Origin: Azolla caroliniana
Lineage: Eukaryota; Plantae; Polypodiophyta
Direction of reading: 5' to 3'
Assembly: GCA_043228905.1 (NCBI GenBank)
Contig: JBHGNT010000008.1
Location: 5,022,001 to 5,086,000 of the forward strand
Length of the DNA: 64,000 nucleotides
This document shows positions 25,700 to 38,525 of the stretch, piece by piece (position 1 is the stretch's first letter; each line of letters starts with the position of its first letter). The notes under the pieces were generated by a model. The model was not told where the DNA came from and did not search any database. It worked only from the letters and a program-made list of their open reading frames with translations. A program made the translations under genes and the position numbers.

Positions 25700-28165
25700 G
25701 GGGTCTCGGACCAAGGAGACTAAGGACAAGAGGCTACTAAGCTTGCACTAGCTATCTGGCCTGGTCACCGGAGCCTGGGTACTGAGCGCAAGGGCTTTGA
25801 ATCACAAATAATAAACGTAGAATGAGGGAGAGAAAATGACACCCTCCCAGACACCACAGACAAGATACGAAAACCAGCCCAACTCCGAGAGCACAAACAG
25901 TGAACACAAGAAGAGTACCTAGTGCCAACAACACCAAATAATATATTAAAACAGAAAAGAATGCAAGGAATGGCCTTGGGATGGCAAGTAGAGCTTCAAG
26001 TTAAACAAACGGGTGGACATGTGAGCCTCTAGTCAAGAGCACACATGATTTCTATGCGAGTAGAGGCCTCACCAACACCTAACCAACTACACCGAGCCGA
26101 AAATAGACACTGCTAGAGCACAAACCGACAACGCTTTCTCCTCCAAAATGATGGATACCTAACTCAGACTCCCCCTCCTCCTTTTATAGCTCCAAGGAGG
26201 AGGAGGGTCAATGTTACATCAATTGTTAAGACAACCGTTTCCGTTAGAGATTCCCTCCCCCAATTTTCTGTTATCGCACACTTTTATTCTCCCCCTTTCG
26301 AGGGATCATAAAGTATCCATCACATACACGTTGTCTTGTACTTATTTATACTCCTCTCTATTTACATTTTTTCATACAAAGAGCCTCCCACGTACAAATG
26401 TGTAAATCCCTGTTCACATGCATCCAACGAGCTTTCCTCTAGTAGTCGGAATCCTCCACGACATCCACCCTCACCAATCCGCACATCTTCTGGCATGTGC
26501 CCAATAGTGAAGCGGTGGGGATTCCAGTTTGATTCTCACTCGTCCTCTCCCAATTCGTTTCCCATCCGGTCCTCGTCCGGCTCTTCGTCTTTGTCGGCAT
26601 CCTCGTCCTCCACCTCCAAGTCTGGTTTCGACTCGTGTTGCTTCTTGAAGGCCTTGATACGCTTCCCCGCGATTGGTACCACTATCCTCATCTCGTCAAG
26701 CTCCACTAGATGGTACATGGCCTTGTCATTGGCTCTTGTGACTACGTACGGCCTTGCAAACTTCCGTGACGACCGGTGTTGGTTTTTGAGGCTAATGGTG
26801 TAGACCAACACCCAATCACCTTCTTCTATCTTCCTCGGTTGCAGACAGTGCATTCATTCGAATCTCTCTTTGTTCTTGAGTCTCACTTCCTTCACCTTCA
26901 CCTTCACTCGCTCTATGTCCTCCGGTTGCCTCTCGAGTTGTCGGATCCTCACGGCTACCGGCTCCTCTCGAATCATCTCTTCGGCCCAGTCAACCGCTAT
27001 CCATGAAATGATCATTCGTTCCATGGGTAGGATTGGCTTTTGTCCAAGTATAAGCTTGGTAGGCATATACCATGGTACCGAACTATGCGTAGTTCGGTCA
27101 GCCCATAAAGCATATGGTAGAAGTCGTGGCTAGTTCCTGACTTGTCCGTCGCACACACGTATGATGGCCTTCATGATTGGTCTGTGCCCGCGCTCGACCT
27201 TCCCATTCGCCTCCGAATTGTACGCCATTGTGAGGGAGAGCTTGAACCCTAGTCAGTCGAATAACTTCATAGCTTCGTGTGCCTCCAACTCTCCTTGATC
27301 AGCCACTATCTTCCCTACACACCCGTACCGGCCAATCACGTCCTCTATTAAGAACCAACACGCGGCTGCAATCATTTTGTTCGTTAAGGCTAGGCCCTCC
27401 ACCTGGTTCGTCAGGTGCTCCCTTGCAAGCACCAGGTACCTCATCTGTCCTACCTCCATTGGCATCGTCATTAAGTCAACCATCCACTTGAACTGAATGC
27501 TTAGCGGGTTGGTCGGATGCAACTCATCGTGGTGTTGGGTTACCGAATGTACAGTCTTGGTAGCTTTCACATGCCATCATGAAGTGCTGCACGTCGTTGT
27601 ATATTCCTGACCACCATTATTTCTCCTTGAGCCTCTCGAATGTGGCCCGTGTTCCTTGATGTATGGACCAGGGACTCTCGTGAAACTCACCCAACAACAC
27701 CATCTGGTCTCCTCCTCGTGTCATCACCCGGAGTTGGGTTCCATTTCGTTTCTTTGGGTGTCGCCATATTACCCCGTCTCGTAGGAAGAACTTGTACGCC
27801 TTCTTCCGGATCCGACTGGCCTCCTCCTCTGTCCATGTTGCCTTTGCCGTCATTGTGCTCAAGAACGTCCTGATTAGAAGCCACTCCCCTTCGTAGTCAT
27901 TTTCGTTAAACGCATGTAGGGTCTGAGTGCTTTGCTCGTTCACCGACAACCGAGCTGATGTGAAGAAATCCACGTTGATTTCTCTGTCTTCCGATACCAT
28001 GTCATCCTCTCTTTCAAACCATGCTCTCGATAGCATATCGGCCATGCTATTGTATTTCCTGGAAATGTGTCAGCTTTCTGGGTTTCAGAACTTGATGTAC
28101 GCGATCCAGTTGAGCATCTCCAGGTCCTGGGTCGCGCATCCGGATACCATCCAAATTGCTCCATT
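25700..28165 (-). mobile_element. Degenerate relative of the Trp-primed Gypsy family: RH end, integrase, PPT and 3' LTR part
   Basis: ORF fragments 27617-28045, 27253-27570, 26854-27066 and 26536-26853 align to the 43056-47093 polyprotein; PPT GAGGGTGGA followed by TGTCGTG at 26463; left LTR boundary uncertain. Confidence 0.8.
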
Positions 28166-28169
28166 GCCG

Positions 28170-29870
28170 AATTTGAAACAATATCTAATTGTCGATTTTT
28201 GATTGTTCACGTAGCCAGCAAAGTCCCTACGCCTGAAGTATCATTCAGGCAGAATAGGATGCCATAGTCTTTTGTGCCCTTCAAATATCTGAACACATGC
28301 TTGACTGCGTTCCAATACGATCGATCAGGATTGTGCATGAATTAGCTGACACTCTGACGACGTGGGCAATGTTAGGTTGTGTCGCAACTATCGCGACCAT
28401 CAAGGAGCCGACTGCTGGTGCATACGGTACTGACTTTGTAACTTCCCCCTCCAGACCAGATGTCGGGCAGTCTTGCTGAGACAGCCGAAGATGAATGGGG
28501 AGCGGGGTCGACAAAGATTTGGCCAATTGCATGTTGAAGCATTCTAAGACACGTCCAATATAGTCGGATTGAGGTAGAAACAAATGTCGTCGATCCCGAT
28601 TCCGATTGATCTTCATCCTGAGAATGTGTCTAGTTGGACCGAGTTCCTTCATGGAAAACTTCAACCGCAGTTGCTAAACAAGTTCGACTAGCTCTCTGGC
28701 ATGTCGATCGGAGAGTAGCATGTCGTCCACGTAGATGATGAGGAAGATGGGAGACCCATCTCAAGCTATTTTGTTGAAGAGACTGTGGTCCTCATCGCTC
28801 TTTGAGAAGCTGATTGATTGGATGAAGTCATCGAACTTCTTGTACCACTTTCTAAGTGCCTGCTTTAGGCCGTATATACTCCTCTTGAGTCGGCAGACTA
28901 GATGTTTCTGGTCGGATTCTACAAAGCCTTTCGGCTGCTCCATATAAATTTCCTCTTCTACATCGCCATGGAGGAAGGCCATTTTTACATTGAGCTGGAT
29001 CAGTTCCAAATCCTCGGCTGCCATGATGCCAAGCATAAAGTGAAGTGTTGTCATTTTCACCATTGGTGAAATTTTTTTGTTGAAATCGACGCTATATTCT
29101 TGTCGAAATCCTTTTGCTACTAGTTTTTCCTTGAATTTTGGGGTGGCCGAAGCAGATGTCTCTTTTAATCTGTAGACCCACTTGCACAGAAGAGCACATC
29201 GATTTTTCGGTAGTTGGACCAAATCCCAAGTCTTTTTTGCCCGAATGGAGTTCATTTCCGACTCCATCGCCAGATGCCATGTGGCCGAATCGGCTGATGC
29301 CGATGCTTCTTCGTATGACATCGGTTCGCCGATGTTTGTGAAGAAGACTCCAGGAGAGTACCTCTCCGGGGGTTGTGACAGTCTGTCGGATCTTCGAGGT
29401 ATGACTAGACTAGTCACATCGGATATCGGGGTCGGATGGTCCAAGCCGAGTCATTTGGATGTGCCAAGTCAAGTGTTGCTAAGTTGGTGCGAGAGGATTT
29501 GACTACCCATGAAACCGATTTTGTGTTATGGGCTAGGACTTCGTGAGGGGTCAGCACATCTGAAAAGATTACCCTTCGGACTTCAATAGGCCTTTCAGCC
29601 GTCTTGTGCATAACCGATTCATTGAACACTACGCCCGAACTTCGGACAATCAGTTTGTGCTCAGGGTCCTAGAGTCGGTATCTGATCTCACCGTTTGGTC
29701 CGTAGCCAAGGAAAATGCATTTTCTGGACCTCGGTTCTAATTTGCAGCGGTAGTCTTTTGGTATAAGGGCATACACCTCACATCTGAAAATCCTAAGCTT
29801 GTTGTAATTCGGCTTCTTGACGGTCCATAATTCCTAAGGTACTTGAAGTCCTAGAGGCCTACTCAGCGAC
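28170..29870 (-). pseudogene. Degenerate Copia integrase C-terminus and RT
   Basis: EPMSYEEA, KWVYRLK, MAFLHGD, IYGLKQA and VPYAPAVGSLM motifs in ORFs 28761-29444 and 28281-28664. Confidence 0.88.
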
Positions 29871-30889
29871 ATGTTAATTATGTGTACTGTCGTAAGTAGG
29901 GCCTCTGCTCAAAACCCATCCAATAGTCCGCAGTGTTGGAGCATGGATACTATCCGTTCTTGAATTGTCCATGTTGAGAGACAAGATCAACATGGGCCAA
30001 ATCGGCTGTAGAAGCCGAGAGCCGAGAGCCGAATTGAATGGAGTTCGATTCGGGTGAGCCGAGTGATCCTTTTCTACAATTGTATTATAGTGTATGTAAT
30101 GGTGATGTGGGTAATATGCTTGACATATTACCCAAGAGACATTATACATTGCTCGTCGCGGATATACCGTATGGCTTCAGAATATCAGTGTTACGGGCAT
30201 GACCATATAATATCCCGTGGTGAGAATTTACCGTAGTATTCTATACACATGGATAAGTGTGAGGGTTAAACGAGAGTGTAAAGAAGGGGAGGATTACTTT
30301 TAAATCCTCGGGATTGAGACAACCCATTAGGCCAAGTGTGAACATGGCTGGGGGCCTTGGGTATTGCTATAAATAGAGGCCTAGCTACCCTCATTTCATT
30401 ATCTTGTTGACTACGTCGAGACTCTGTCTTGTGGTGCGTCAACTCTTGTAGCAAGCGCGCAAGCACCAGGTACGACTCGATGCCACGACAGTGGTATGGG
30501 ACGCCGATCGAGGCTCGAGTCCGTCTCGATCCCTTCGCTTGGGGGTGGTCGGGTGGATCGGCACCCTTCTTTCTCTCTCTTCTTTCTTTCTATCTACCTA
30601 GATCTATCCTTATGTAATGCTTACTTTAGTACATGTCTCTAATATTTGGTATCAGAGCCTATGTACTAATCTTTCTTTTGTTGGTCTTATCTTCTCGATG
30701 GATGGCGATCGATCGTTGTGCAGTTGGCCTTCATGCATACAGGGATCAACAAAGAACTTCGGTAATCTTTCTTGTTATTTTTTGTCTATTTTTTCTTCTC
30801 CCATCTAATCATGTGTATGGTTAATATGTAGATTATTTTCATTAATTAAATGATGTTGTAGTGGTATTTAATTGGTTATCTAAAACGTT

Positions 30890-31170
30890 TACATATGTGC
30901 ACGAGGTCAATACCTTGTTTGACATATAAATAATATGTGATGAGTGTCGTATGCGTACGAGGTTAATACCTCAATTACGTATTACGTTCACAAACATATG
31001 TTACATTTGCGTATGAGGTCAACACCTCGATTTTGTTGTAAATGATATGCGTTTGGTCTCGTATGCGTAAGAGGTCAATACCTCAATTGCGTATTACGTT
31101 GAACCCTTATTATTGGATGTCTCGTGTGCGTAGAGGTATATGCCTCGATTACGTATCTCGATTACGTCAT
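30890..31170. repeat. Degenerate repeats in the long 5' UTR of the chromovirus
   Basis: TGCGTA(C/T/A)GAGGT(C/T)AATACCTC-like unit occurs about 5 times. Confidence 0.7.
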
Positions 31171-32316
31171 TTTTGGCTATTAAATATAACGATTTCTTTA
31201 ATATAGGCATATGTGGTCACGTGTATACGTAGTTGATCGTATATATGTGATAATATACATATGTGTATATAAGTTATTACGTAATTTTAAATCGAATGTT
31301 TTCCTTTTCGGGGAAAGGATCTTGGTGGCCGTCCTCACATTTTTGTGAGAGTAGCGTTGTCACCATCCCTTTTTTAAACAATTTTTTATTGTTGAAATCC
31401 TCGTTGGTGACTTCGATATTTCATTACATAAAGAAACGCTATAGCCATAATGATTTTGAGTACGTAGGGCTTGACCTACTTCATGTGAGGTCGCTCTTAT
31501 GACACACGTATCCAACATCCCTCCCTCATTACATGGATATGATGCCACCATGAGATCATTCTTATGAGAGGCATTCGTAATGACGTGACCATGTGATGGG
31601 CCACGTGGGCCTACTACGAAAAGAGGGTTGCACTTTTGCGTATGACATCGTAATTACGAGACTTGAGGTTAAGTAACGTACCAACATAGTTGTAGTAAAT
31701 GAGGGCGAAATAAGGACTCTTGACATATATGTTTCTTTTAAAAAAACATATATGGGCAAATTCCTCGCATATCTCTTATACGCATGAAACATTAAACATT
31801 CAAGAAGAGCAACCTACTTGGTTGGCTCAATTGTTTAATGCATTTGTTCTCGAGGTCTCGAGTTCAAATATGACCAAGACCATACAACATCGTTGATACA
31901 TATGATTATAACACATATTTAGACTTGAGGTCTAAGTGCACTTCGGGGTCCTTGTAATAGGACTTAAAGAGCCGAAACCACATATGTGGGCACAGAAACA
32001 TAGTTTATTGCCTACATTTTTTTCGTGTATAAACTATTCATGACGCGAACATACATGGTTAAGCCTCGGGGAGCCACCATGAAAAAATCGATATAGAGAT
32101 CAGGGAAAGACATTTATTTGTCACCCCCATGGTTTTTAAAACACCTTTGTGTTACCATAGTAGCCTAATCTTGAACCTCATCTCATATGTCTAGAGGGGT
32201 ATTGACGTGAGATAATGATATCGATTAATGCTCGCCCATGATAGGTTTACCTCATGACATGATGTATGACTATCTCTCTGACCTTATGCTATTTCTTTTC
32301 CAGAAATAATCATTTA

Positions 32317-35300
32317 ATGGCTCAAAATAACGATCCGATGTCATCCGCTCAAGCGGAAGGAACTCAAGGGAATCCTCTTGGACAAATGTCCATTGAGATG
32401 TATTTTTCGCAAATAACCCAATACCTTAGTTTCACCGCTCAACAGATGACCGAACTTCGGCAATCTCAAAGTGCTCTCGAGGCACGTGTCATTAGTCTAC
32501 AACGTGAGACTAATAGACCTGATGAGCGACAGGGTGAACCATCGTTTGTCATTAAGCCATTTACGAGAGACAAAAAGGAAAGAACCGAAGATGCAATCTG
32601 CACGTGGTTGGGCTAATGGGAGTCTCATTTTGAGGTCTATCCCACGCCAGATAGTACGAAGATTGCATATGTCGGCTGAGAACTAGGGGGTAAGGCTGTC
32701 GCCTGGTGGCGTGGGCTCCGTACTTTGGGGAAATTGCCCGATACCTGGACAAATTTTCTCACAGTTTTCAAGGGCCAATTTCTACAACCTCCCTCTCGAA
32801 CTGAGGCAGCACAAGCTTTAATGAACCTCTCTAGTAGGAAGTTTTCCTCGCTAGAAGACTATGTCCACCATGCTAGAACCCAAATCCAAAAATCAGGTCT
32901 AGAAGGGGACAACTGGTTAATAGATTGTTTTGTCAATGGCATCCCCAATTCGGACTATCACTGGATAGTGCATGATAAGGATCCAAAATCCTTCGAAGAG
33001 GTCGTTGAAATAGTTCTTCGCTATCAACGCACTTCGAAGAAGGACCACAACAAACCCAACGAAGCGCCCGGGACTAAGAAGTCGCAATTCGTTGGGAAAC
33101 ACAAGACACCCAACGAATTCATGGATCGCGATTGTAAGTGACAACATCCTTTTTGCGTATTCTACAAAAAGAAGGGTCATACAAAAGATCAATGTCGAAA
33201 GCTCCAACGGAAAGAGCATGACAACAAAGCTAAAGTTGTAGACCATAAAGGTCAGATTCCTAATGTCCTTGAGGTCTATACACATCATTTAAGTAATTGT
33301 CAATGTTCTTTCCCTCACTATGTATTGGGTCCCAATGACTTACTACGTGCAAACGGGTATATCAATGGATCTCCCGTACAATTTTTATTTGATTCGGGAA
33401 GCTCACACAACTTTGTGAATGATTGTTTGGTTCAGATATGGGGAATCCAACCCACCATAAGTGATCATACCTACACGGTGCACTTGGCTGATGGAAGAGT
33501 ACAATACATCAACGGGGCGATTCATTCATTAGGAATTTCTATTGATACTTATATAGAGGAAGTAGACTTCCATGTAATGAATCTTTCTACCACCGATGTA
33601 ATACTGGGTTATCCCTAGTTTTATAATAAAATCTCTTCTTTATTTATTGATTGGGTTCATCATTCAATTACATTTGTACTGAACGATTGTACTCATTTTA
33701 TTCAATGTGTAAAAAAACAATCCCTCTCGATTGTTTCCTCGTGTTCATCAATATCCGAGCTGTCTTGTTCTACTCTATTTTATTGTGTACTTGATCCGGA
33801 CATTCACGTTTACAATATTGATAATGTCTCGGTTCAATTAACATATTTTGAACAACAACAACTTGACGAAATCTTAAATGATTTTCGTGATGTTTTTCCG
33901 AGTGAACTACCAGATGGCTTACCTCCTAAACGTAATATAGACCATCGTATAGATATTGTACCTGGTGTTGCACCAATAAGTATACCTCCTTATTGCTTAA
34001 GTCGATCCGAAGAGGATGAGGTATCTAAGCAACTCAAGGACTATTTACGAATGGGTTATATACGTTATAGTAAATCTCCATGGGGTGCACCAGTTCTCTT
34101 GGTTAAAAAGAAAGAGGGCACATGGCGTATGTGTATTAATTACCGACGCTTGAATAAAGTGACAATCAAGAATTCATATCCATTGCCCCGGGCTGACGAT
34201 CTAATTGACCGTCTCCAGGGAGCTCGGTATTTTATGAAACTTGATCTCCGTACTAGCTACCATCAAATACGTATAACTGAGGACGATGTTCCTAAAACAA
34301 CATTTCGTACGCGTTATGACCATTATGAGTTTCTGGTTATGCCTTTTGGTTTGACCAATGCTCCGGCTACATTTCAACAAGAAATGAATGACATTTTCCG
34401 AGAACAACTTGGAAAATTTGTCGTTATTTTCTTGGATGATATTTTAGTTTATAGCCGTACATTACAAGAACATGCGAAACATTTCCGCTTTGTTTTACAA
34501 ACATTGCGTGACAAACAGTTTTATGCGAAGATCTCAAAATGTGAGTTCTTCAAGAAATCAATTACTTATCTTGGACATCTCATAACCGAACGAGGAGTTG
34601 AAATTGATCCTTCTTGCATCGAGAAAATCAAGCTTTGTCCCACTCTTCGGAATATTCGAGAAGTTCGATCATTCCTTGGTTTTGTCGGGTTTTTGCGAAA
34701 ATCTCTTCGTGATTACTCCCAATTGACGACGTCGTTTACTGATAAGTCTACAAAACCTATTGTGTGGAATGCTACACTAGACCTCGCCTTTAAGGAACTC
34801 AAGGACCTGGTATGCAGGCTCCTTCACTTCTTTTACCCGATCCTTCAAAACCTTTTGAGGTTGAAACCGATGCAAGTGATTATGCTATAGGTGTTGTCTT
34901 ATATCAAGATGGTAAACCAATAACATTCGAGAGTAAGAAACTTGATTCTGCTCAATGTCGGTATACCGTTCAAGAAAAGGAATTATTTGCAGTTATACAT
35001 GCGCTCAAAACATGGTGCCATTATCTTTATGGAAATCGCTTTGTGGTAACTACGGACCACGAGTCCTTGAAATATTTTTGTGACCAACAAGACCTGAAAG
35101 GTCGTAAGGCACGATGGGCTGATCTCATCTAGGACTTTGATTTTTCCATACGATATCGTAAAGGTTCCATGAATACTGTTGCTTATGCACTAAGTTGCAT
35201 CCGTGAAGTTAACATGCTTAGCTTCACTGAAATATCATCAGATCTTTATGATCACCTTCGAGGAAAGTATCCTGATGACAGTTATTTCGCAAAATACTGG

Positions 35301-36700
35301 GCAAGAGTTGAGTCTGGAACAAACACCACCACATCCTCGAAGGAATACTTCCACATTGCTAACGGTCTGCTCTACCGTAATGGGAAGGTTTGTGTTCCAG
35401 ATTTACCCGAGGTCAAAAAGAGGATTCTTTTTTAATGCCATGATGCACCCTCAGCAGGGCACCCTGGAATACATCGTACACTCGTTCTCATCTCCACTCA
35501 ATTTTATTGGCCTAAGATGCGTCCTGACATACATAGCTATGTGACTAAATGTCACCAATGTCAGGTTAACAAAGCCGAGCGACTTAAAGCCGCAAGACTT
35601 TTACATCCCTTGGACATTCCCAATAATAAGTGGGAAAGTATATCCATGGATTTTATTGTTAGCCTTCCACGCACCCAAAAAGGCCATGATGTCATCTGGG
35701 TTGTGGTTGATCGACTAACTAAAATGGCCAGATTTATTGCTACTAAAACCACGGTAACAACTCCTGAATTGGCTTACCAATTTGTGAACGAGTTATTTCG
35801 TTTTTATGGGTTACTGATGGATATCGTGAGTGATCGAGATCCAAAATTTACTAGTGACTTCTGGACGCAAGTCTTTAAGAAGTTAGAAACTACGTTGAGC
35901 ATGAGCTCCACGGATCATCCTCAATCCGATGGACAAACAGAACGAGTAAATCAAATTATTGAGGACATGCTTCGAGCATATGTTGGTGCAAAACCAACAA
36001 AATGGGAACGTTATCTCCCAATTTTGGAGTTTGCTTATAATAGCTCCAAGCATACGTCGACGGGATATAGTCCTTTTATGTTGATGTATAGTTTTCAGCC
36101 ACGAGCCCCGATTGATGTTAATGTACATCATGATGAGTTGCGAAGTACACAAAACTTTCTTTGGGATATGCAAGATATGTTGCATATTGCACGAGATAAT
36201 ATAAAAACAGCTCAAGATAGAGCTCGTTTTTATGCCGATCATCATAGGCAACCTCGTGTATTCAACCCTAGACAAAAGGTATTTTTACGTGTACCTCACA
36301 ATTCTAAGACATTGTCTACGGGTAAGTGCGCTAAGTTAGCCCCACGGTTTTGTGGACCTTTTACAGTCCTCAAACGCATTGGGTCATCAGCCTATCGTAT
36401 CGCTCTTCCCGATGGTGTTGGAATTCATCCAGTCTTTCATGTGAGTCGTCTAAAAGAACTTCTAGGTTCTAGCAACAGTACAGTTACAACTGAAACTCTG
36501 GTTACTTCTGAAGAATTATCTTCAAAACCACATGTACCAGAAAGAATTCTCGATGTTAAAACAAAAAAATTACGTACTAAAGAAATCCGAGAATTTAAAA
36601 TAAAATGGATGGATAAATCAAATAAAAGATGCCACATGTGAACGTGAAAATACTCTCAGAACTAACTTCCCTAACTTTCCATTGCAAGAGTGCAATGTTT
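32317..36700 (+). pseudogene. gag-pol of the chromovirus (gag, PR, RT, RH, INT, chromodomain)
   Basis: LFDSGSSHNF protease; RT FLDD in 34051-34890; ETDASD RNase H; integrase 35517-36641 with FCGPF; PERILD..KIKW chromodomain-like tail. Confidence 0.92.
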
Positions 36701-37839
36701 TAAAGAGGAGTATGTTACGGGCAATGACCATATAATATCCCATGGTGAGAATTTACCGTAGTATTCTACACACGTGGATAAGTGTGAGGGTTAAACGAGA
36801 GTGTAAAGAAGGGGAGGATTACTTTTAAATCCTTGGGATTGAGACAACCCATTAGGCCAAGTGTGAACATGGTTAGGGGCCTTGGGTATCGCTATAAATA
36901 GAGGCCTAGCTACCCTCATTTCATTATCTTGTTGACTACGTCGAGACTTTGTCTTGTGGTGGGTCAACTCTTGTAGCGAGCGTGCCAGCACCAGGTACGA
37001 CTCGACGCCACGGCGGTGGTATGGGACGCCGATCGAGGCTCGAGTCCGTCTCGATCCCTTCGCTCGGGGGTGGTCGGGTGGATCGACACCCTTCTTTCTC
37101 TCTCTCCTTTCTTTCTATCTACCTAGATCTATCCTTATGTAATGCTTACTTTAGTACATGTCTCTAATAATCAGGCTCGACATACGACGATGTGCCATAC
37201 AAATATTTGCAAATAGCACCATTATGGCATATTGTTATATTTCACAGTATGGGTCAAGCGTTATCGGTTACGACTGTATTGAAGTCGAGATGCCATGCCA
37301 CTGAACATATGCATATTTATTAACTTGTTTACTACATATGCATATCTATGTTGCTTACTACATATTTATTAACTTGTTTTGATTCAATTATACAATAGGG
37401 TTACAACGAACATAACTCGTACCCCGGGTGATTGAATGGTGAGCATTGTGGAGCACATGTGCGTGGGCTACTATGACGCAATTTCTAAGAAGAAGGCTTG
37501 GGCACATGTCAATGAGCGGAATGTTGTCAACTATATCATGTGCCCAGCTGTAATGAAGAAATTGTGCCACGTGTATGGCGATAAGAGTTTAGTAAACCCT
37601 TATCAAAAGCCTCAGTGATTGATTAATCGATTGGTCGAGTTGTTCTCGAACCTTGATGATTAGGTTCTCGACTTATTTTCTGGAACAAGTAATCCCATAA
37701 GTTTCATCAATATTTCTAAAAATGAAATATTATTTCTTGTCCAATTTTCTTACTTTTGAATGTGTGATTGTTTATTTAGGAACGACGACTGCATGTGCTC
37801 TTAAACTGTTCAGGAAATGTGTCGCATTAGAAAAGGACC

Positions 37840-38525
37840 ATGGTAGCTAATTAGCTACTCAGTTAACATATCGTAGTACCTAATTAGCTACTACCATACT
37901 TTAGCAGAGTAGCTAATTAGCTACTACCATACTTTAGTAGACTAGCTAATTATGTAAGTGGTAGCTAATTAGCTACTACCATAGTTTAGTACAGTAGCTA
38001 ATTAGCTAACTGGTAGCTAATTATGTAAGTGGTAGCTAATTAGCTACTACAATAGTTTAGTACAGTAGCTAATTAGGTAATGTACTAAACTATGGTAGTA
38101 GCTAATTATCTACCACTTAGCTAATTAGCTACTTAGCTAAACTATGGTAGTAGCTAATTAGCTATTGTACTAAACTATGGTAGTAGCTAATTAGCTACTG
38201 AGCTAAAGTATTGTAGTAGCTAATTAGCTACCACTTAGCTAATTAGTTACTCAACTAAACTATGGTAGTAAATAATTAGCTACTGTATTCAACTATGGTA
38301 GTAGCTATTTAGCTACTTAGTTACTCAACTAAACTATGGTAGTAGGTAATTGGCTACCACTTAGCTAATTAGCTACTCAACTAAAGTATGGTAGTAGCTA
38401 ATTAGCTACCACTTAGCTACATGTTAGGTAATTAGCTACTACACTACAACCATAATAGCTAAATAGTTTCCACACTTTATACAACTTACCTAATTAGCAA
38501 AGATGGAACTAATTAGCTACACTAT
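37840..38525. repeat. Array of the palindrome TAGCTAATTAGCTA with inverted overall arrangement
   Basis: Roughly 20 exact or variant copies; spacers read CTACCATAGTTTAG on the left and CTAAACTATGGTAG on the right. Confidence 0.92.

Larger units (their letters stand above)
30189..37169 (+). mobile_element. Full-length, degenerate plant chromovirus (Ty3/Gypsy, Reina/Tekay-like) with tRNA-iMet PBS
   Basis: LTRs at 30189-30644 and 36713-37169 (TG..TA); TSD ATCAG (30184-30188 and 37170-37174); PBS at 30647-30658; PPT at 36702-36712. Confidence 0.95.
30061..37839 (+). pseudogene. Beta-class N6-adenine/N4-cytosine DNA methyltransferase, copy 1 (30061-30188 plus 37175-37839, split by a chromovirus and truncated at both ends)
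   Basis: LLVADIPYG (DIPY at 30161-30172); NPYQKP...LVELFSN...VLDLFSGT; GT-AG intron at 37689-37779; then TTTACALKLFRKCVALEKD; closely similar to copy 2. Confidence 0.85.

Noticed and set aside
37840-38525. CRISPR array
   Set aside because: The spacers are themselves repeated and irregular, the context is eukaryotic and there are no cas genes
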